Shown one piece after another: positions 43,645 to 58,200 of a DNA stretch of 64,000 bases; the stretch's first letter is position 1; every line of letters starts with the position of its first letter. The notes under the pieces are model-generated. The model had not been told where the DNA came from. It made no database searches and was given only the letters and a program-made list of their open reading frames with translations. The stretch is taken from the NCBI GenBank assembly GCA_964016885.1, contig OZ024740.1:423336001-423400000 (forward strand), read 5' to 3'. This stretch comes from Eledone cirrhosa. Its lineage: Eukaryota. Both the position numbers and the translations under genes were made by a program.

Positions 43645-46600
43645 CTACAGGCGCATGATCAGAGTAGGCCCACTCACGCGGGCCATTCTCGCCACATTCA
43701 CCCACCTTTCAGTAAATGTACTGGGGGGCAGCACTTCTCTCTCCACCCTCACCTTCCTTTCCAAGTGAAACTTGAAGAAGTTGATGAGGGATTGGCCGAA
43801 GAGAAAAGTGTCTGTCTTCAGTCCTTTTAACCTGGTCCACCATGCAACCTCTTTCTCTACTGCCACCAGGCAGAGGAAAATTGCCTGCCCTTCCTGACCA
43901 AAAGAAGGCGGCGGGTCAATCTTCACTATGGACTCGGACGATAGCCGGATCCGTTCTACACGCGACAATAGCTGTTCGACATAACCCCACAAGTCAGCAA
44001 TGCACGGACACTGGACGAGTGCGTGCAGAACGGTTTCGTCGCTCTGCGCGCATCTCGGGCAGGTTCGTCTGACAGCACTTCCGTGCCTGTAGAGTTTATC
44101 CCGAACCGGCAGCGCCCCCCGGTAGCACTGCCAAGCGAGGGATTTCTGGAAGTTATCCATCGTCCCCGGCTCGAAAGTCCTCCGGAACATACTGGTCAGT
44201 TCTACTTCGTTGACGCCCAGAACCTCTCCTAGTACGTCATCGCACTTGCCCTCCACTAATCCTCTATAGAAATCTTGAGTGGAAGTTCCACTGACCGCAT
44301 TGCCCACCTTGCAGAGTGCAGTGAGCGCCTGGCAACATTCCAAATGCCAGTCGCCCAGTCTCGGTCTCTTCTTGACCCAGGACTGCAGCTCAGTCAAAGA
44401 GATGAGCTGCGGAAAGGCCCGTCTAACAAACGGCGACCACACCTGTTCACCGTTTAGGCAAAATATCTGGAGATGTCGCAGCCTCAGCGCATGTCTGCGC
44501 ATCATTAGCCACGGCATGCCCAGCCCTCCACGAAGAGGGTGCTGGCAGCAGATGGACCGCCTCACCAACGGGACCCGTCCCCTCCACAAAAATTTGAAAA
44601 GGAGCCGTTCCAAATTGGCGAGGCGTGGACGGGGGCAAGGCACGACGGTCAGGCGGTAGTAGATGACGGACGCGATGTACGCGTTCGCCACCTCCGCCCG
44701 CCCTTTCAGTGATAGCTTTCTCTCAGCCCATTTCTGGGTGAGGTTGGCTATCCTGCTCGTCACCTCGTCCCAATTCTTATCCACCTGGAGGTCTGGTCCG
44801 AACCAAACCCCGAGCAACTTTACCGGTCCGTCTGTCCAGCGCCCAACGACGCTGTTGGACGGCATGGACTTGCCTCTCCAGGTGCCGAGCTGCAAGCCCA
44901 CCGACTTTTCCGGGTTAAGTTTTGCTCCCGTCAACCTTTCATATTCCTCCAAATGGGTGCGGATCACCTCGATTTCCGAGGTGTCCGACACCATCACGGT
45001 GATGTCGTCCGCATAAGCGGACGCAGCCTTTCTGCGTCCCGGTTCGAGCGGGATGCCCTGCAACAACTCCAGCTTCCGCAGTAGAGGCTCAAGAGTCAAT
45101 ACGTACAGAAGTGAGGAGAGAGGGCACCCTTGACGGACCGATCGAGAGATCTGAAACGGTTCCGAGAGGTGGCCATTAACTTTGACCACCGAGCAGATGC
45201 CGCTGTACATTGCAGCGATCCAGCTTCTGAAGACGGGGCCGAAGCCAGCCGCCTCGAGGACAGCCTCCAAGTACCGATGGTCGACCCTATCGAATGCTTT
45301 CGATTGATCTAAATTGATCAGAGCCCCACCGAAGCCAGGTTTGCACCCAACCCTCTCTATGATGTATCGCATGAGGTGGAGGTTGTCGTGTATGGACCTG
45401 GTCGGGATTGCGCAAGTTTGCGCCTCCCCCACCAAATCTTTGACGACAAGCGCCAACCTTTTCGCTAACACCTTGGCCAAAATTTTAAACTCTGTGTTGA
45501 GCAGGGTTATGGGCCTGAAATTATCTAGTGTGTCCCTCTTGTTCTCGTCTTTCCTTATCAGCGTCACTACGCCACGGCTCACAGAACTGGGAATGCTCCC
45601 GTTCTGCTGCCAGTTGCAGTAGAGCGCTTCGAGGAGATCGGAGAACAAGTCTGGCATATTTACGTAAAGCTCGTAGGGCAGACCATCCAAACCGGGTGAC
45701 TTGCGACTCGAGCAGCCGACAAGGGCGTCCTGAATTTCGACTGATGTTATCGGCTCTTCGCAGCGCTCAGCGTCGGCCGTCGAGAGGCGTGGCAAGCCGT
45801 CGAGGTAGGGACTGAAGTCCGCCGCCGTCTCCGACTCACCCATCCTCCCGAACAATCGAGCAAAGTGCTGGCGAAAGGCCTCACACATCTGCTTGGAATC
45901 GCTCAGCTCGTGTCCATCTCGATCCGTCAAAGACCGAATTGTGGTTTTGTTTCCACGCTGCCTCTCTGCAAAGCGAGCCCATCGGGCAGCTTTGGTTCCC
46001 TCGTTCCCCAGAGCACGCGCCTTAGCTCTGACAATGCAACCTTCGTGTTCCGCATTGAAGAAATGGTCTAGTGCCATTCTCGCCGCTAGCACGTCTGTTG
46101 CAATGCCACTACAAATAGCCTCGTCTAACTTAGCTATCAGCCCCTCCTCCTTTCTATTTTTCTCTATTGCTACTTCTTTGCTAAATCCTATCGAGGTTGC
46201 TCTAATCTCTCTTTTGAGTGCCCCCCACCACCTGTTGTTGACAACCCCCCCTGTCAACTTTTGCTTAACTAAGTTGTTGACCCGGTCCCTGTAAGCTTTA
46301 CGTGCCGGCAACGACATGTTTAGCTTCCAGTAGCTAGGTCCTAACCTACGTGTCTTATCTAGGTCGACCATACAGATCACAAGCTTGTGATCTGAATAGG
46401 CAACCGTTTTAAAATGTGGACATCCTACACTATTTCTATCTCTTTTCCTAATGAAAATCCTATCTATGTACGATCTAGATGACCCTATGCGATTGGTCCA
46501 GGTCCATACTGGCGCATTAGGGAAATCTAGTCGGTACCTGTCAGACAGTTGAAACTGGCTGATCAGGTACTTGAGGCTTTTGCACCCCCCGCTCCTATCA

Positions 46601-47048
46601 GATACTCCCACACAATCCCAGCGTGCTTCTAAGATGCCATTCCAATCCCCTATTAACAGTAAAGGGCGAGACGTAAGCAGAAAGAGAAGTCCGGCCGACC
46701 GGCCCCAGTAGGGGCGTAGACGGCCACCAGTCTAAAGGCACCACCTTCGCTATTGCTCACGTCCAGGACCACCAACTTTCCGTCAGGATCCCGGAAGATT
46801 GACCTTACCTCGAGATCCAGACATTTCCTAAACAGCACAGCCACTCCACCTCCCATTCCCGGCCGACTAACAGATGCAAAGATCTGATAATCGTCGAAAA
46901 TCGGCGCCAGTGCGCGTGTGTCGGAAATTCTGGTCTCGCTGATGGCAATTACATCCATTCCTAGTGACCTGAGGTCGTTGAGCAAGTGACCTTGCTTCCA
47001 GGGCGACCCCAGGCCACGAACATTTAAACTTCCTACTCTTATGGCCAT
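43645..47048 (-). pseudogene. B4 ORF2, frameshifted in the EN domain; RT frame open for 988 aa
   Basis: TTTTCCAGGCGCCTAA is missing at 46684/46685. Confidence 0.9.
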
Positions 47049-47077
47049 GCTGGCAGGATGAATGGGAGAGGAAAGGT

Positions 47078-48988
47078 TTACTTACCTTCCGGGGTCTTGT
47101 GAAGGTCGGGTGGTTCGACCTCCATGGTTTGTGGGGTTTCTTTTGGGAACCCCTTTAATAATCTTGACGTGGGTTTTACGTTCGGGGTTCCCACATCCCG
47201 AGGAAAGCTCTTTCGAATTTCTTTGTATGAAGCGAGCGACATTCGCATCAGAAGCAAATTATCTGGTACGCGAAATGTGCTCGCTTCAAATGTTTCCCCG
47301 TCTTTTTCGATGTTTGTGCTTCGTGCTACATGGGCCATCAATTCCGTGTTGGCCCTTCTGGCAAGCACGAAGTTTTTAATGTTTTGTTGCTCGGGTTTTA
47401 TTTGTTCGTGTGATTGTGGTGGTGATAGCTTTGTTAGTGTTGTTTCTATTGTGTCTGCGTTTGTTGTGGGTGGGGTGTCTGTAGTTTCTGATGTTTGTGT
47501 GTCTATTTGTTCTTGTGTCTGTTTAGCTTGTTTGCGTTTGGGGGATTTTGGTGGTTGTGTTGGTGATGCTGTGGGGAAAATGTTTGTGTGGGTGGTGTGT
47601 GTATTTTTTTTTGTGGGGGTGTTTGTGCTTTGTGGATTTCTTTTTTTTTTGTGTTTTGTTTTTTGTATTTTGGGGGACTTTGGTTTTCCCTCATCTTCAC
47701 TGCTGGAGGATGAGGGGTCTGTGGCTGTGAGCGTGTTTGTGTCTGAGTGAGTGTTTATGTTCTTGTTCGTGTGTGTATTTTGGGGGGGAGGGGGAATGGG
47801 AGAGCTTTCCTCGTTTCCCCCCTGGGTGTGCAATTTTGGTGGTTCCATTGTTGACGGTGTTGCTGGTGGTCCTTGTCCCGGCGTCGCCAGCAGTGGAATC
47901 TTTCGACCCCTTGCGCTTTTCGGCAGTTGAGGGCAGAAGGCTCGCAAGTGTGTCGTTTCCCCACAAAGGAAACAATGCGGCCTTTTCCCCTCAGTCATTA
48001 TATGCAACACCCTCCCGTTTTGGAGGCGGATGTGGTCCGGGATTGCTTTTACGTTTTCGGGTCTGATTTGGAGCAGTATCTCCAGATCAACCCCGGACCA
48101 GTCGTCCCTGGCAGTTCTCGTTGCCTCTACCGGGACTGTATCCGTTCCTTCCACGATTACGCAACCCAGGAGCCACCACATATCAAGTCCTGGTGGAATC
48201 CTGGGAATGCGCACACGTGCTATTCGTTTTCCCATGTGGGAGGGGTACATTATGACCTTGCTGGTTTTGCAAGGGGTCATTGAATGCTTCACAGCGAGGG
48301 CTTCAGACTTGAACAGCACCGAAACGGTGCCGTATTGCCTGCCCCTCTCTATGAAGTCTGTGTCCTCTCTGATGTATTTCAGTGCGGCTTCTATGTCAGC
48401 TTGGGCGATTATCGCTGCCCTCTTTGTCTCTACTGAGATGCATCTGAAATGCACCGTTCTTTTTTCCACTGCCTCAATGGCTTCTGCCGGGACAGTTAAG
48501 TTTGCCCAGGTCTGCTCTTGATTTATGATTTTCCAGGCCTGGGCCAACTTTTCCTCTCTGTTGGTTAAGTCGATGCTGTAGCATGGTCTCCTTTTAGCCG
48601 CTGCCACAGCAGCGAAGGTGTTCTTGTTGGTGTTGTCACTGTTGTTGTTCTTGTTGGTGTTGCTGCTGCTATTGCTGTTGTTGTTCTCCCCTGTGTCGTG
48701 GTTACCCTCTGTGCTGTTGGCCTTGTTGGTGCTGTTGCTGTCGCTACTATTACTCTCTGTGCTGTTCGTTTTGTTGGTGCTCTCGCTATTACCACCTTCT
48801 GCGCTGTTCGGCTTGTTGGTGTTGGTGTTGTCACTGTTACCACCTTCCGCGCCGCTCGGCCCGTTGGTGCTGGCACTGTCGCTGCTCATACACGTGCTGG
48901 TGGCGCTCCTCGCCTCACCTCTCCTCTCAACGCTCAAGTCGCCGTTGCACGACAGCAGACCCGCCTCTAGGGGGCGTGGCTCCGCCAT
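47078..48988 (-). CDS. ORF1p, 636 aa, with CCHC zinc knuckle
   Basis: The only uninterrupted family-B ORF1 in the window; CFLCGETTHLRAFC; S/N/T-rich N-terminus. Confidence 0.94.
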   Translation of the reverse strand: MAEPRPLEAGLLSCNGDLSVERRGEARSATSTCMSSDSASTNGPSGAEGGNSDNTNTNKPNSAEGGNSESTNKTNSTESNSSDSNSTNKANSTEGNHDTGENNNSNSSSNTNKNNNSDNTNKNTFAAVAAAKRRPCYSIDLTNREEKLAQAWKIINQEQTWANLTVPAEAIEAVEKRTVHFRCISVETKRAAIIAQADIEAALKYIREDTDFIERGRQYGTVSVLFKSEALAVKHSMTPCKTSKVIMYPSHMGKRIARVRIPRIPPGLDMWWLLGCVIVEGTDTVPVEATRTARDDWSGVDLEILLQIRPENVKAIPDHIRLQNGRVLHIMTEGKRPHCFLCGETTHLRAFCPQLPKSARGRKIPLLATPGQGPPATPSTMEPPKLHTQGGNEESSPIPPPPQNTHTNKNINTHSDTNTLTATDPSSSSSEDEGKPKSPKIQKTKHKKKRNPQSTNTPTKKNTHTTHTNIFPTASPTQPPKSPKRKQAKQTQEQIDTQTSETTDTPPTTNADTIETTLTKLSPPQSHEQIKPEQQNIKNFVLARRANTELMAHVARSTNIEKDGETFEASTFRVPDNLLLMRMSLASYKEIRKSFPRDVGTPNVKPTSRLLKGFPKETPQTMEVEPPDLHKTPEGK

Positions 48989-49198
48989 GTTTTTTTTGAG
49001 AAAAAAATTATGATTTTTCCAAAATAAAGTTCAAATATTTGGGCCAAAAGGCCCAAATATTATGAGTTATTCCTTCACAGGATACAAATTAATGTCTTAT
49101 AATGCTTCAGCGGTACAAAAAATAAACAATTCTCTACAATTAATCCTCAAAAAATTGCTTACTCACGGAGCTTCAAAAAACGTACATCCACTTTCGTC

Positions 49199-52100
49199 AA
49201 TAATAATAATAATGATTTCATTTATTGGCCACAAGGGCCGACATATAGGGGACAACACAATAGACAGGGACAGTGGGGGTTTACATAGAGATCGAGTAAG
49301 TATAAATAACAAAAAAACAAAATAACAATAAAAATACAACAATGAAAGTTCCACAATAAGAGGGATCACCACCCAGGGTTGACTCAAGCACCCCACCAGT
49401 CCTGAGCCACCCGACGCTCCTAGGGCACCCGGGAAGGGCACCCCTCTCCTTCTCGAATTCACCAGCCTACAGGCGCATGATCAGAGTAGGCCCACTCACG
49501 CGGGCCATTCTCGCCACATTCACCCACCTTTCAGTAAATGTACTGGGGGGCAGCACTTCTCTCTCCACCCTCACCTTCCTTTCCAAGTGAAACTTGAAGA
49601 AGTTGATGAGGGATTGGCCGAAGAGAAAAGTGTCTGTCTTCAGTCCTTTCAACCTGGTCCACCATGCAACCTCTTTCGCTACTGCCACCAGGCAGAGGAA
49701 AATTGCCTGCCCTTCCTGACCAAAAGAAGGCGGCGGGTCAATCTTCACTATGGACTCGGACGATAGCCGGATCCGTTCTACACGCGACAATAGCTGTTCG
49801 ACATAACCCCACAAGTCAGCAATGCACGGACACTGGACGAGTGCGTGCAGAACGGTTTCGTCGCTCTGCGCGCATCTCGGGCAGGTTCGTCTGACAGCAC
49901 TTCCGTGCCTGTAGAGTTTATCCCGAACCGGCAGCGCCCCCCGGTAGCACTGCCAAGCGAGGGATTTCTGGAAGTTATCCATCGTCCCCGGCTCGAAAGT
50001 CCTCCGGAACATACTGGTCAGTTCTACTTCGTTGACGCCCAGAGCCTCTCCTAGTACGTCATCGCACTTGCCCTCCACTAATCCTCTATAGAAATCTTGA
50101 GTGGAAGTTCCACTGGCCGCATTGCCCACCTTGCAGAGTGCAGTGAGCGCCTGGCAACATTCCAGATGCCAGTCGCCCAGTCTCGGTCTCTTCTTGACCC
50201 AGGACTGCAGCTCAGTCAAAGAGATGAGCTGCGGAAAGGCCCGTCTAACAAACGGCGACCACACCTGTTCACCGTTTAGGCAAAATATCTGGAGATGTCG
50301 CAGCCTCAGCGCATGTCTGCGCATCATTAGCCACGGCATACCCAGCCCTCCACGAAGAGGGTGCTGGCAGCAGATGGACCGCCTCACCAACGGGACCCGT
50401 CCCCTCCACAAAAATTTGAAAAGGAGCCGTTCCAAATTGGCGAGGCGTGGACGGGGGCAAGGCACGACGGTCAGGCGGTAGTAGATGACGGACGCGATGT
50501 ACGCGTTCGCCACCTCCGCCCGCCCTTTCAGTGATAGCTTTCTCTCAGCCCATTTCTGGGTGAGGTTGGCTATCCTGCTCGTCACCTCGTCCCAATTCTT
50601 ATCCACCTGGAGGTCTGGTCCGAACCAAACCCCGAGCAACTTTACCGGTCCGTCTGTCCAGCGCCCAACGACGCTGTTGGACGGCATGGACTTGCCTCTC
50701 CAGGTGCCGAGCTGCAAGCCCACCGACTTTTCCGGGTTAAGTTTTGCTCCCGTCAACCTTTCATATTCCTCCAAATGGGTGCGGATCACCTCGATTTCCG
50801 AGGTGTCCGACACCATCACGGTGATGTCGTCCGCATAAGCGGACGCAGCCTTTCTACGTCCCGGTTCGAGCGGGATGCCCTGCAACAACTCCAGCTTCCG
50901 CAGTAGAGGCTCAAGAGTCAATACGTACAGAAGTGAGGAGAGAGGGCACCCTTGACGGACCGATCGAGAGATCTGAAACGGTTCCGAGAGGTGGCCATTA
51001 ACTTTGACCACCGAGCGGATGCCGCTGTACATTGCAGCGATCCAGCTTCTGAAGACGGGGCCGAAGCCAGCCGCCTCGAGGACAGCCTCCAAGTACCGAT
51101 GGTCGACCCTATCGAATGCTTTCGATTGATCTAAATTGATCAGAGCCCCACCGAAGCCAGGTTTGCACCCAACCCTCTCTATGATGTATCGCATGAGGTG
51201 GAGGTTGTCGTGTATGGACCTGGTCGGGATTGCGCAAGTTTGCGCCTCCCCAACCAAATCTTTGACGACAAGCGCCAACCTTTTCGCTAACACCTTGGCC
51301 AAAATCTTAAACTCTGTGTTGAGCAGGGTTATGGGCCTGAAATTATCTAGTGTGTCCCTCTTGTTCTCGTCTTTCCTTATCAGCGTCACTACGCCACGGC
51401 TCACAGAACTGGGAATGCTCCCGTTCTGCTGCCAGTTGCAGTAGAGCGCTTCGAGGAGATCGGAGAACAAGTCTGGCATATTTACGTAAAGCTCGTAGGG
51501 CAGACCATCCAAACCGGGTGACTTGCGACTCGAGCAGCCGACAAGGGCGTCCTGAATTTCGACTGATGTTATCGGCTCTTCGCAGCGCTCAGCGTCGGCC
51601 GTCGAGAGGCGTGGCAAGCCGTCGAGGTAGGGACTGAAGTCCGCCGCCGTCTCCGACTCACCCATCCTCCCGAACAATCGAGCAAAGTGCTGGCGAAAGG
51701 CCTCACACATCTGCTTGGAATCGCTCAGTTCGTGTCCATCTCGATCCGTCAAAGACCGAATTGTGGTTTTATTTCCACGCTGCGTCTCTGCAAAGCGAGC
51801 CCATCGGGCAGCTTTGGTTCCCTCGTTCCTCAGAGCACGCGCCTTAGCTCTGACAATGCAACCTTCGTGTTTCGCATTGAAGAAATGGTCTAGTGCCATT
51901 CTCGCCGCTAGCACGTCTGTTGCAATGCCACTACAAATAGCCTCGTCTAACTTAGCTATCAGCCCCTCCTCCTTTCTATTTTTCTCTATTGCTACTTCTT
52001 TGCTAAATCCTATCGAGGTTGCTCTAATCTCTCTTTTGAGTGCCCCCCACCACCTGTTGTTGACAACCCCCCCTGTCAACTTTTGCTTAACTAAGTTGTT

Positions 52101-55021
52101 GACCCGGTCCCTGTAAGCTTTACGTGCCGGCAACGACATGTTTAGCTTCCAGTAGCTAGGTCCTAACCTACGTGTCTTATCTAGGTCGACCATACAGATC
52201 ACAAGCTTGTGATCTGAATAGGCAACCGTTTTAAAATGTGGACATCCTACACTATTTCTATCTCTTTTCCTAATGAAAATCCTATCTATGTACGATCTAG
52301 ATGACCCTATGCGATTGGTCCAGGTCCATACTGGCGCATTAGGGAAATCTAGTCGGTACCTGTCAGACAGTTGAAACTGGCTGATCAGGTACTTGAGGCT
52401 TTTGCACCCCCCGCTCCTATCAGATACTCCCACACAATCCCAGCGTGCTTCTAAGATGCCATTCCAATCCCCTATTAACAGTAAAGGGCGAGACGTAAGC
52501 AGAAAGAGAAGTCCGGCCGACCGGCCCCAGTAGGGGCGTAGACGGCCACCAGTCTAAAGGCACCACCTTCGCTATTGCTCACGTCCAGGACCACCAACTT
52601 TCCGTCAGGATCCCGGAAGATTGACCTTACCTCGAGATCCAGACATTTCCTAAACAGCACAGCCACTCCACCTCCCATTCCCGGCCGACTAACAGATGCA
52701 AAGATCTGATAATCGTCGAAAATCGGCGCCAGTGCGCGTGTGTCGGAAATTCTGGTCTCGCTGATGGCAATTACATCCATTCCTAGTGACCTGAGGTCGT
52801 TGAGCAAGTGACCTTGCTTCCAGGGCGACCCCAGGCCACGAACATTTAAACTTCCTACTCTTATGGCCATGCTGGCAGGATGAATGGGAGAGGAAAGGTT
52901 TACTTACCTTCCGGGGTCTTGTGAAGGTCGGGTGGTTCGACCTCCATGGTTTGTGGGGTTTCTTTTGGGAACCCCTTTAATAGTCTTGACGTGGGTTTTA
53001 CGTTCGGGGTTCCCACATCCCGAGGAAAGCTCTTTCGAATTTCTTTGTATGAAGCGAGCGACATTCGCATCAGAAGCAAATTATCTGGCACGCGAAATGT
53101 GCTCGCTTCAAATGTTTCCCCCTCTTTTTCGATGTTTGTGCTTCGTGCTACATGGGCCATCAATTCCTTGTTGGCCCTTCTGGCAAGCACGAAGTTTTTA
53201 ATGTTTTGTTGCTCGGGTTTTATTTGTTCGTGTGATTGTGGTGGTGATAGCTTTGTTAGTGTTGTTTCTATTGTGTCTGCGTTTGTTGTGGGTGGGGTGT
53301 CTGTAGTTTCTGATGTTTGTGCGTCTATTTGTTCTTGTGTCTGTTTAGCTTGTTTGCGTTTGGGGGATTTTGGTGGTTGTGTTGGTGATGCTGTGGGGAA
53401 AATGTTTGTGTGGGTGGTGTGTGTATTTTTTTTTGTGGGGGTGTTTGTGCTTTGTGGATTTCTTTTTTTTTTGTGTTTTGTTTTTTTGTATTTTGGGGGA
53501 CTTTGGTTTTCCCTCATCTTCACTGCTGGAGGATGAGGGGTCTGTGGCTGTGAGCGTGTTTGTGTCTGAGTGAGTGTTTATGTTCTTGTTCGTGTGTGTA
53601 TTTTGGGGAGGAGGGGGAATGGGAGAGCTTTCCTCGTTTCCCCCCTGGGTGTGCAATTTTGGTGGTTCCATTGTTGACGGTGTTGCTGGTGGTCCTTGTC
53701 CCGGCGTCGCCAGCAGTGGAATCTTTCGACTCCTTGCGCTTTTCGGCAGTTGAGGGCAGAAGGCTCGCAAGTGTGTCGTTTCCCCACAAAGGAAACAATG
53801 CGGCCTTTTGCCCTCAGTCATTATATGCAACACCCTCCCGTTTTGGAGGCGGATGTGGTCCGGGATTGCTTTTACGTTTTCGGGTCTGATTTGGAGCAGT
53901 ATCTCCAGATCAACCCCGGACCAGTCGTCCCTGGCAGTTCTCGTTGCCTCTACCGGGACTGTATCCGTTCCTTCCACGATTACGCAACCCAGGAGCCACC
54001 ACATATCAAGTCCTGGTGGAATCCTGGGAATGCGCACACGTGCTATTCGTTTTCCCATGTGGGAGGGGTACATTATGACCTTGCTGGTTTTGCAAGGGGT
54101 CATTGAATGCTTCACAGCGAGGGCTTCAGACTTGAACAGCACCGAAACGGTGCCGTATTGCCTGCCCCTCTCTATGAAGTCTGTGTCCTCTCTGATGTAT
54201 TTCAGTGCGGCTTCTATGTCAGCTTGGGCGATTATCGCTGCCCTCTTTGTCTCTACTGAGATGCATCTGAAATGCACCGTTCTTTTTTCCACTGCCTCAA
54301 TGGCTTCTGCCGGGACAGTTAAGTTTGCCCAGGTCTGCTCTTGATTTATGATTTTCCAGGCCTGGGCCAACTTTTCCTCTCTGTTGGTTAAGTCGATGCT
54401 GTAGCATGGTCTCCTTTTAGCCGCTGCCACAGCAGCGAAAGTGTTCTTGTTGGTGTTGTCACTGTTGTTGTTCTTGTTGGTGTTGCTGCTGCTATTGCTG
54501 TTGTTGTTCTCCCCTGTGTCGTGGTTACCTTCTGTGCTGTTGGCCTTGTTGGTGCTGTTGCTGTCGCTACTATTACTCTCTGTGCTGTTCGTTTTGTTGG
54601 TGCTCTCGCTATTACCACCTTCTGCGCTGTTCGGCTTGTTGGTGTTGGTGTTGTCGCTGTTACCACCTTCCGCGCCGCTCGGCCCGTTGGTGCTGGCACT
54701 GTCGCTGCTCACATTCGTGCTGGTGGCGCTCCTCGCCTCACCTCTCCTCTCAACGCTCAAGTCGCCGTTGCACGACAGCAGACCCGCCTCTAGGGGGCGT
54801 GGCTCCGCCATGTTTTTTTTTAGAAAAAAATTATGATTTTTCCAAAATAAAGTTCAAATATTTGGGCCAAAAGGCCCAAATATTATGAGTTATTCCTTCA
54901 CAGGATACAAATTAATGTCTTATAATGCTTCAGCGGTACAAAAAATAAACAATTCTCTACAATTAATCCTCAAAAAATTGCTTACTCACGGAGCTTCAAA
55001 AAACGTACATCCACTTTCGTC
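49199..55021 (-). mobile_element. LINE B5 (same 16-bp ORF2 deletion, ORF1 frameshifted)
   Basis: ORF2 49467-52870 with the deletion at 52506/52507; ORF1 52900-54811 is split. Confidence 0.96.
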
Positions 55022-55290
55022 AATAATAATAATAATGATTTCATTTATTGGCCACAAGGGCCGACATATAGGGGACAACACAATAGACAGGGACAGTGGG
55101 GGTTTACATAGAGATCGAGTAAGTATAAATAACAAAAAAAACAAAATAACAATAAAAATACAACAATGAAAGTTCCCCAATAAGAGGGATCACCACCCAG
55201 GGTTGACTCAAGCACCCCACCAGTCCTGAGCCACCCGACGCTCCTAGGGCACCCGGGAAGGGCACCCCTCTCCTTCTCGAATTCACCAGC

Positions 55291-58200
55291 CTACAGGCGC
55301 ATGATCAGAGTAGGCCCACTCACGCGGGCCATTCTCGCCACATTCACCCACCTTTCAGTAAATGTACTGGGGGGCAGCACTTCTCTCTCCACCCTCACCT
55401 TCCTTTCCAAGTGAAACTTGAAGAAGTTGATGAGGGATTGGCCGAAGAGAAAAGTGTCTGTCTTCAGTCCTTTCAACCTGGTCCACCATGCAACCTCTTT
55501 CGCTACTGCCACCAGGCAGAGGAAAATTGCCTGCCCTTCCTGACCAAAAGAAGGCGGCGGGTCAATCTTCACTATGGACTCGGACGATAGCCGGATCCGT
55601 TCTACACGCGACAATAGCTGTTCGACATAACCCCACAAGTCAGCAATGCACGGACACTGGACGAGTGCGTGCAGAACGGTTTCGTCGCTCTGCGCACATC
55701 TCGGGCAGGTTCGTCTGACAGCACTTCCGTGCCTGTAGAGTTTATCCCGAACCGGCAGCGCCCCCCGGTAGCACTGCCAAGCGAGGGATTTCTGGAAGTT
55801 ATCCATCGTCCCCGGCTCGAAAGTCCTCCGGAACATACTGGTCAGTTCTACTTCGTTGACGCCCAGAGCCTCTCCTAGTACGTCATCGCACTTGCCCTCC
55901 ACTAATCCTCTATAGAAATCTTGAGTGGAAGTTCCACTGACCGCATTGCCCACCCTGCAGAGTGCAGTGAGCGCCTGGCAACATTCCAGATGCCAGTCGC
56001 CCAGTCTCGGTCTCTTCTTGACCCAGGACTGCAGCTCAGTCAAAGAGATGAGCTGCGGAAAGGCCCGTCTAACAAACGGCGACCACACCTGTTCACCGTT
56101 TAGGCAAAATATCTGGAGATGTCGCAGCCTTAGCGCATGTCTGCGCATCATTAGCCACGGCATGCCCAGCCCTCCACGAAGAGGGTGCTGGCAGCAGATG
56201 GACCGCCTCACCAACGGGACCCGTCCCCTCCACAAAAATTTGAAAAGGAGCCGTTCCAAATTGGCGAGGCGTGGACGGGGGCAAGGCACGACGGCCAGGC
56301 GGTAGTAGATGACGGACGCGATGTACGCGTTCGCCACCTCCGCCCGCCCTTTCAGTGATAGCTTTCTCTCAGCCCATTTCTGGGTGAGGTTGGCTATCCT
56401 GCTCGTCACCTCGTCCCAATTCTTATCCACCTGGAGGTCTGGTCCGAACCAAACCCCGAGCAACTTTACCGGTCCGTCTGTCCAGCGCCCAACGACGCTG
56501 TTGGACGGCATGGTCTTGCCTCTCCAGGTGCCGAGCTGCAAGCCCACCGACTTTTCCGGGTTAAGTTTTGCTCCCGTCAACCTTTCATATTCCTCCAAAT
56601 GGGTGCGGATCACCTCGATTTCCGAGGTGTCCGACACCATCACGGTGATGTCGTCCGCATAAGCGGACGCAGCCTTTCTACGTCCCGGTTCGAGCGGGAT
56701 GCCCTGCAACAACTCCAGCTTCCGCAGTAGAGGCTCAAGAGTCAATACGTACAGAAGTGAGGAGAGAGGGCACCCTTGACGGACCGATCGAGAGATCTGA
56801 AACGGTTCCGAGAGGTGGCCATTAACTTTGACCACCGAGCGGATGCCGCTGTACATTGCAGCGATCCAGCTTCTGAAGACGGGGCCGAAGCCAGCCGCCT
56901 CGAGGACAGCCTCCAAGTACCGATGGTCGACCCTATCGAATGCTTTCGATTGATCTAAATTGATCAGAGCCCCACCGAAGCCAGGTTTGCACCCAACCCT
57001 CTCTATGATGTATCGCATGAGGTGGAGGTTGTCGTGTATGGACCTGGTCGGGATTGCGCAAGTTTGCGCCTCCCCAACCAAATCTTTGACGACAAGCGCC
57101 AACCTTTTCGCTAACACCTTGGCCAAAATCTTAAACTCTGTGTTGAGCAGGGTTATGGGCCTGAAATTATCTAGTGTGTCCCTCTTGTTCTCGTCTTTCC
57201 TTATCAGCGTCACTACGCCACGGCTCACAGAACTGGGAATGCTCCCGTTCTGCTGCCAGTTGCAGTAGAGCGCTTCGAGGAGATCGGAGAACAAGTCTGG
57301 CATATTTACGTAAAGCTCGTAGGGCAGACCATCCAAACCGGGTGACTTGCGACTCGAGCAGCCGACAAGGGCGTCCTGAATTTCGGCTGATGTTATCGGC
57401 TCTTCGCAGCGCTCAGCGTCGGCCGTCGAGAGGCGTGGCAAGCCGTCGAGGTAGGGACTGAAGTCCGCCGCCGTCTCCGACTCACCCATCCTCCCGAACA
57501 ATCGAGCAAAGTGCTGGCGAAAGGCCTCACACATCCGCTTGGAATCGCTCAGTTCGTGTCCATCTCGATCCGTCAAAGACCGAATTGTGGTTTTATTTCC
57601 ACGCTGCGTCTCTGCAAAGCGAGCCCATCGGGCAGCTTTGGTTCCCTCGTTCCTCAGAGCACGCGCCTTAGCTCTGACAATGCAACCTTCGTGTTTCGCA
57701 TTGAAGAAATGGTCTAGTGCCATTCTCGCCGCTAGCACGTCTGTTGCAATGCCACTACAAATAGCCTCGTCTAACTTAGCTATCAGCCCCTCCTCCTTTC
57801 TATTTTTCTCTATTGCTACTTCTTTGCTAAATCCTATCGAGGTTGCTCTAATCTCTCTTTTGAGTGCCCCCCACCACCTGTTGTTGACAACCCCCCCTGT
57901 CAACTTTTGCTTAACTAAGTTGTTGACCCGGTCCCTGTAAGCTTTACGTGCCGGAAACGACATGTTTAGCTTCCAGTAGCTAGGTCCTAACCTACGTGTC
58001 TTATCTAGGTCGACCATACAGATCACAAGCTTGTGATCTGAATAGGCAACCGTTTTAAAATGTGGACATCCTACACTATTTCTATCTCTTTTCCTAATGA
58101 AAATCCTATCTATGTACGATCTAGATGACCCTATGCGATTGGTCCAGGTCCATACTGGCGCATTAGGGAAATCTAGTCGGTACCTGTCAGACAGTTGAAA

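Larger units (their letters stand above)
43377..49198 (-). mobile_element. LINE B4 (ORF1 intact, ORF2 with a 16-bp deletion)
   Basis: ORF1 47078..48988; ORF2 split into 46653..47048 and 43645..46611. Confidence 0.96.
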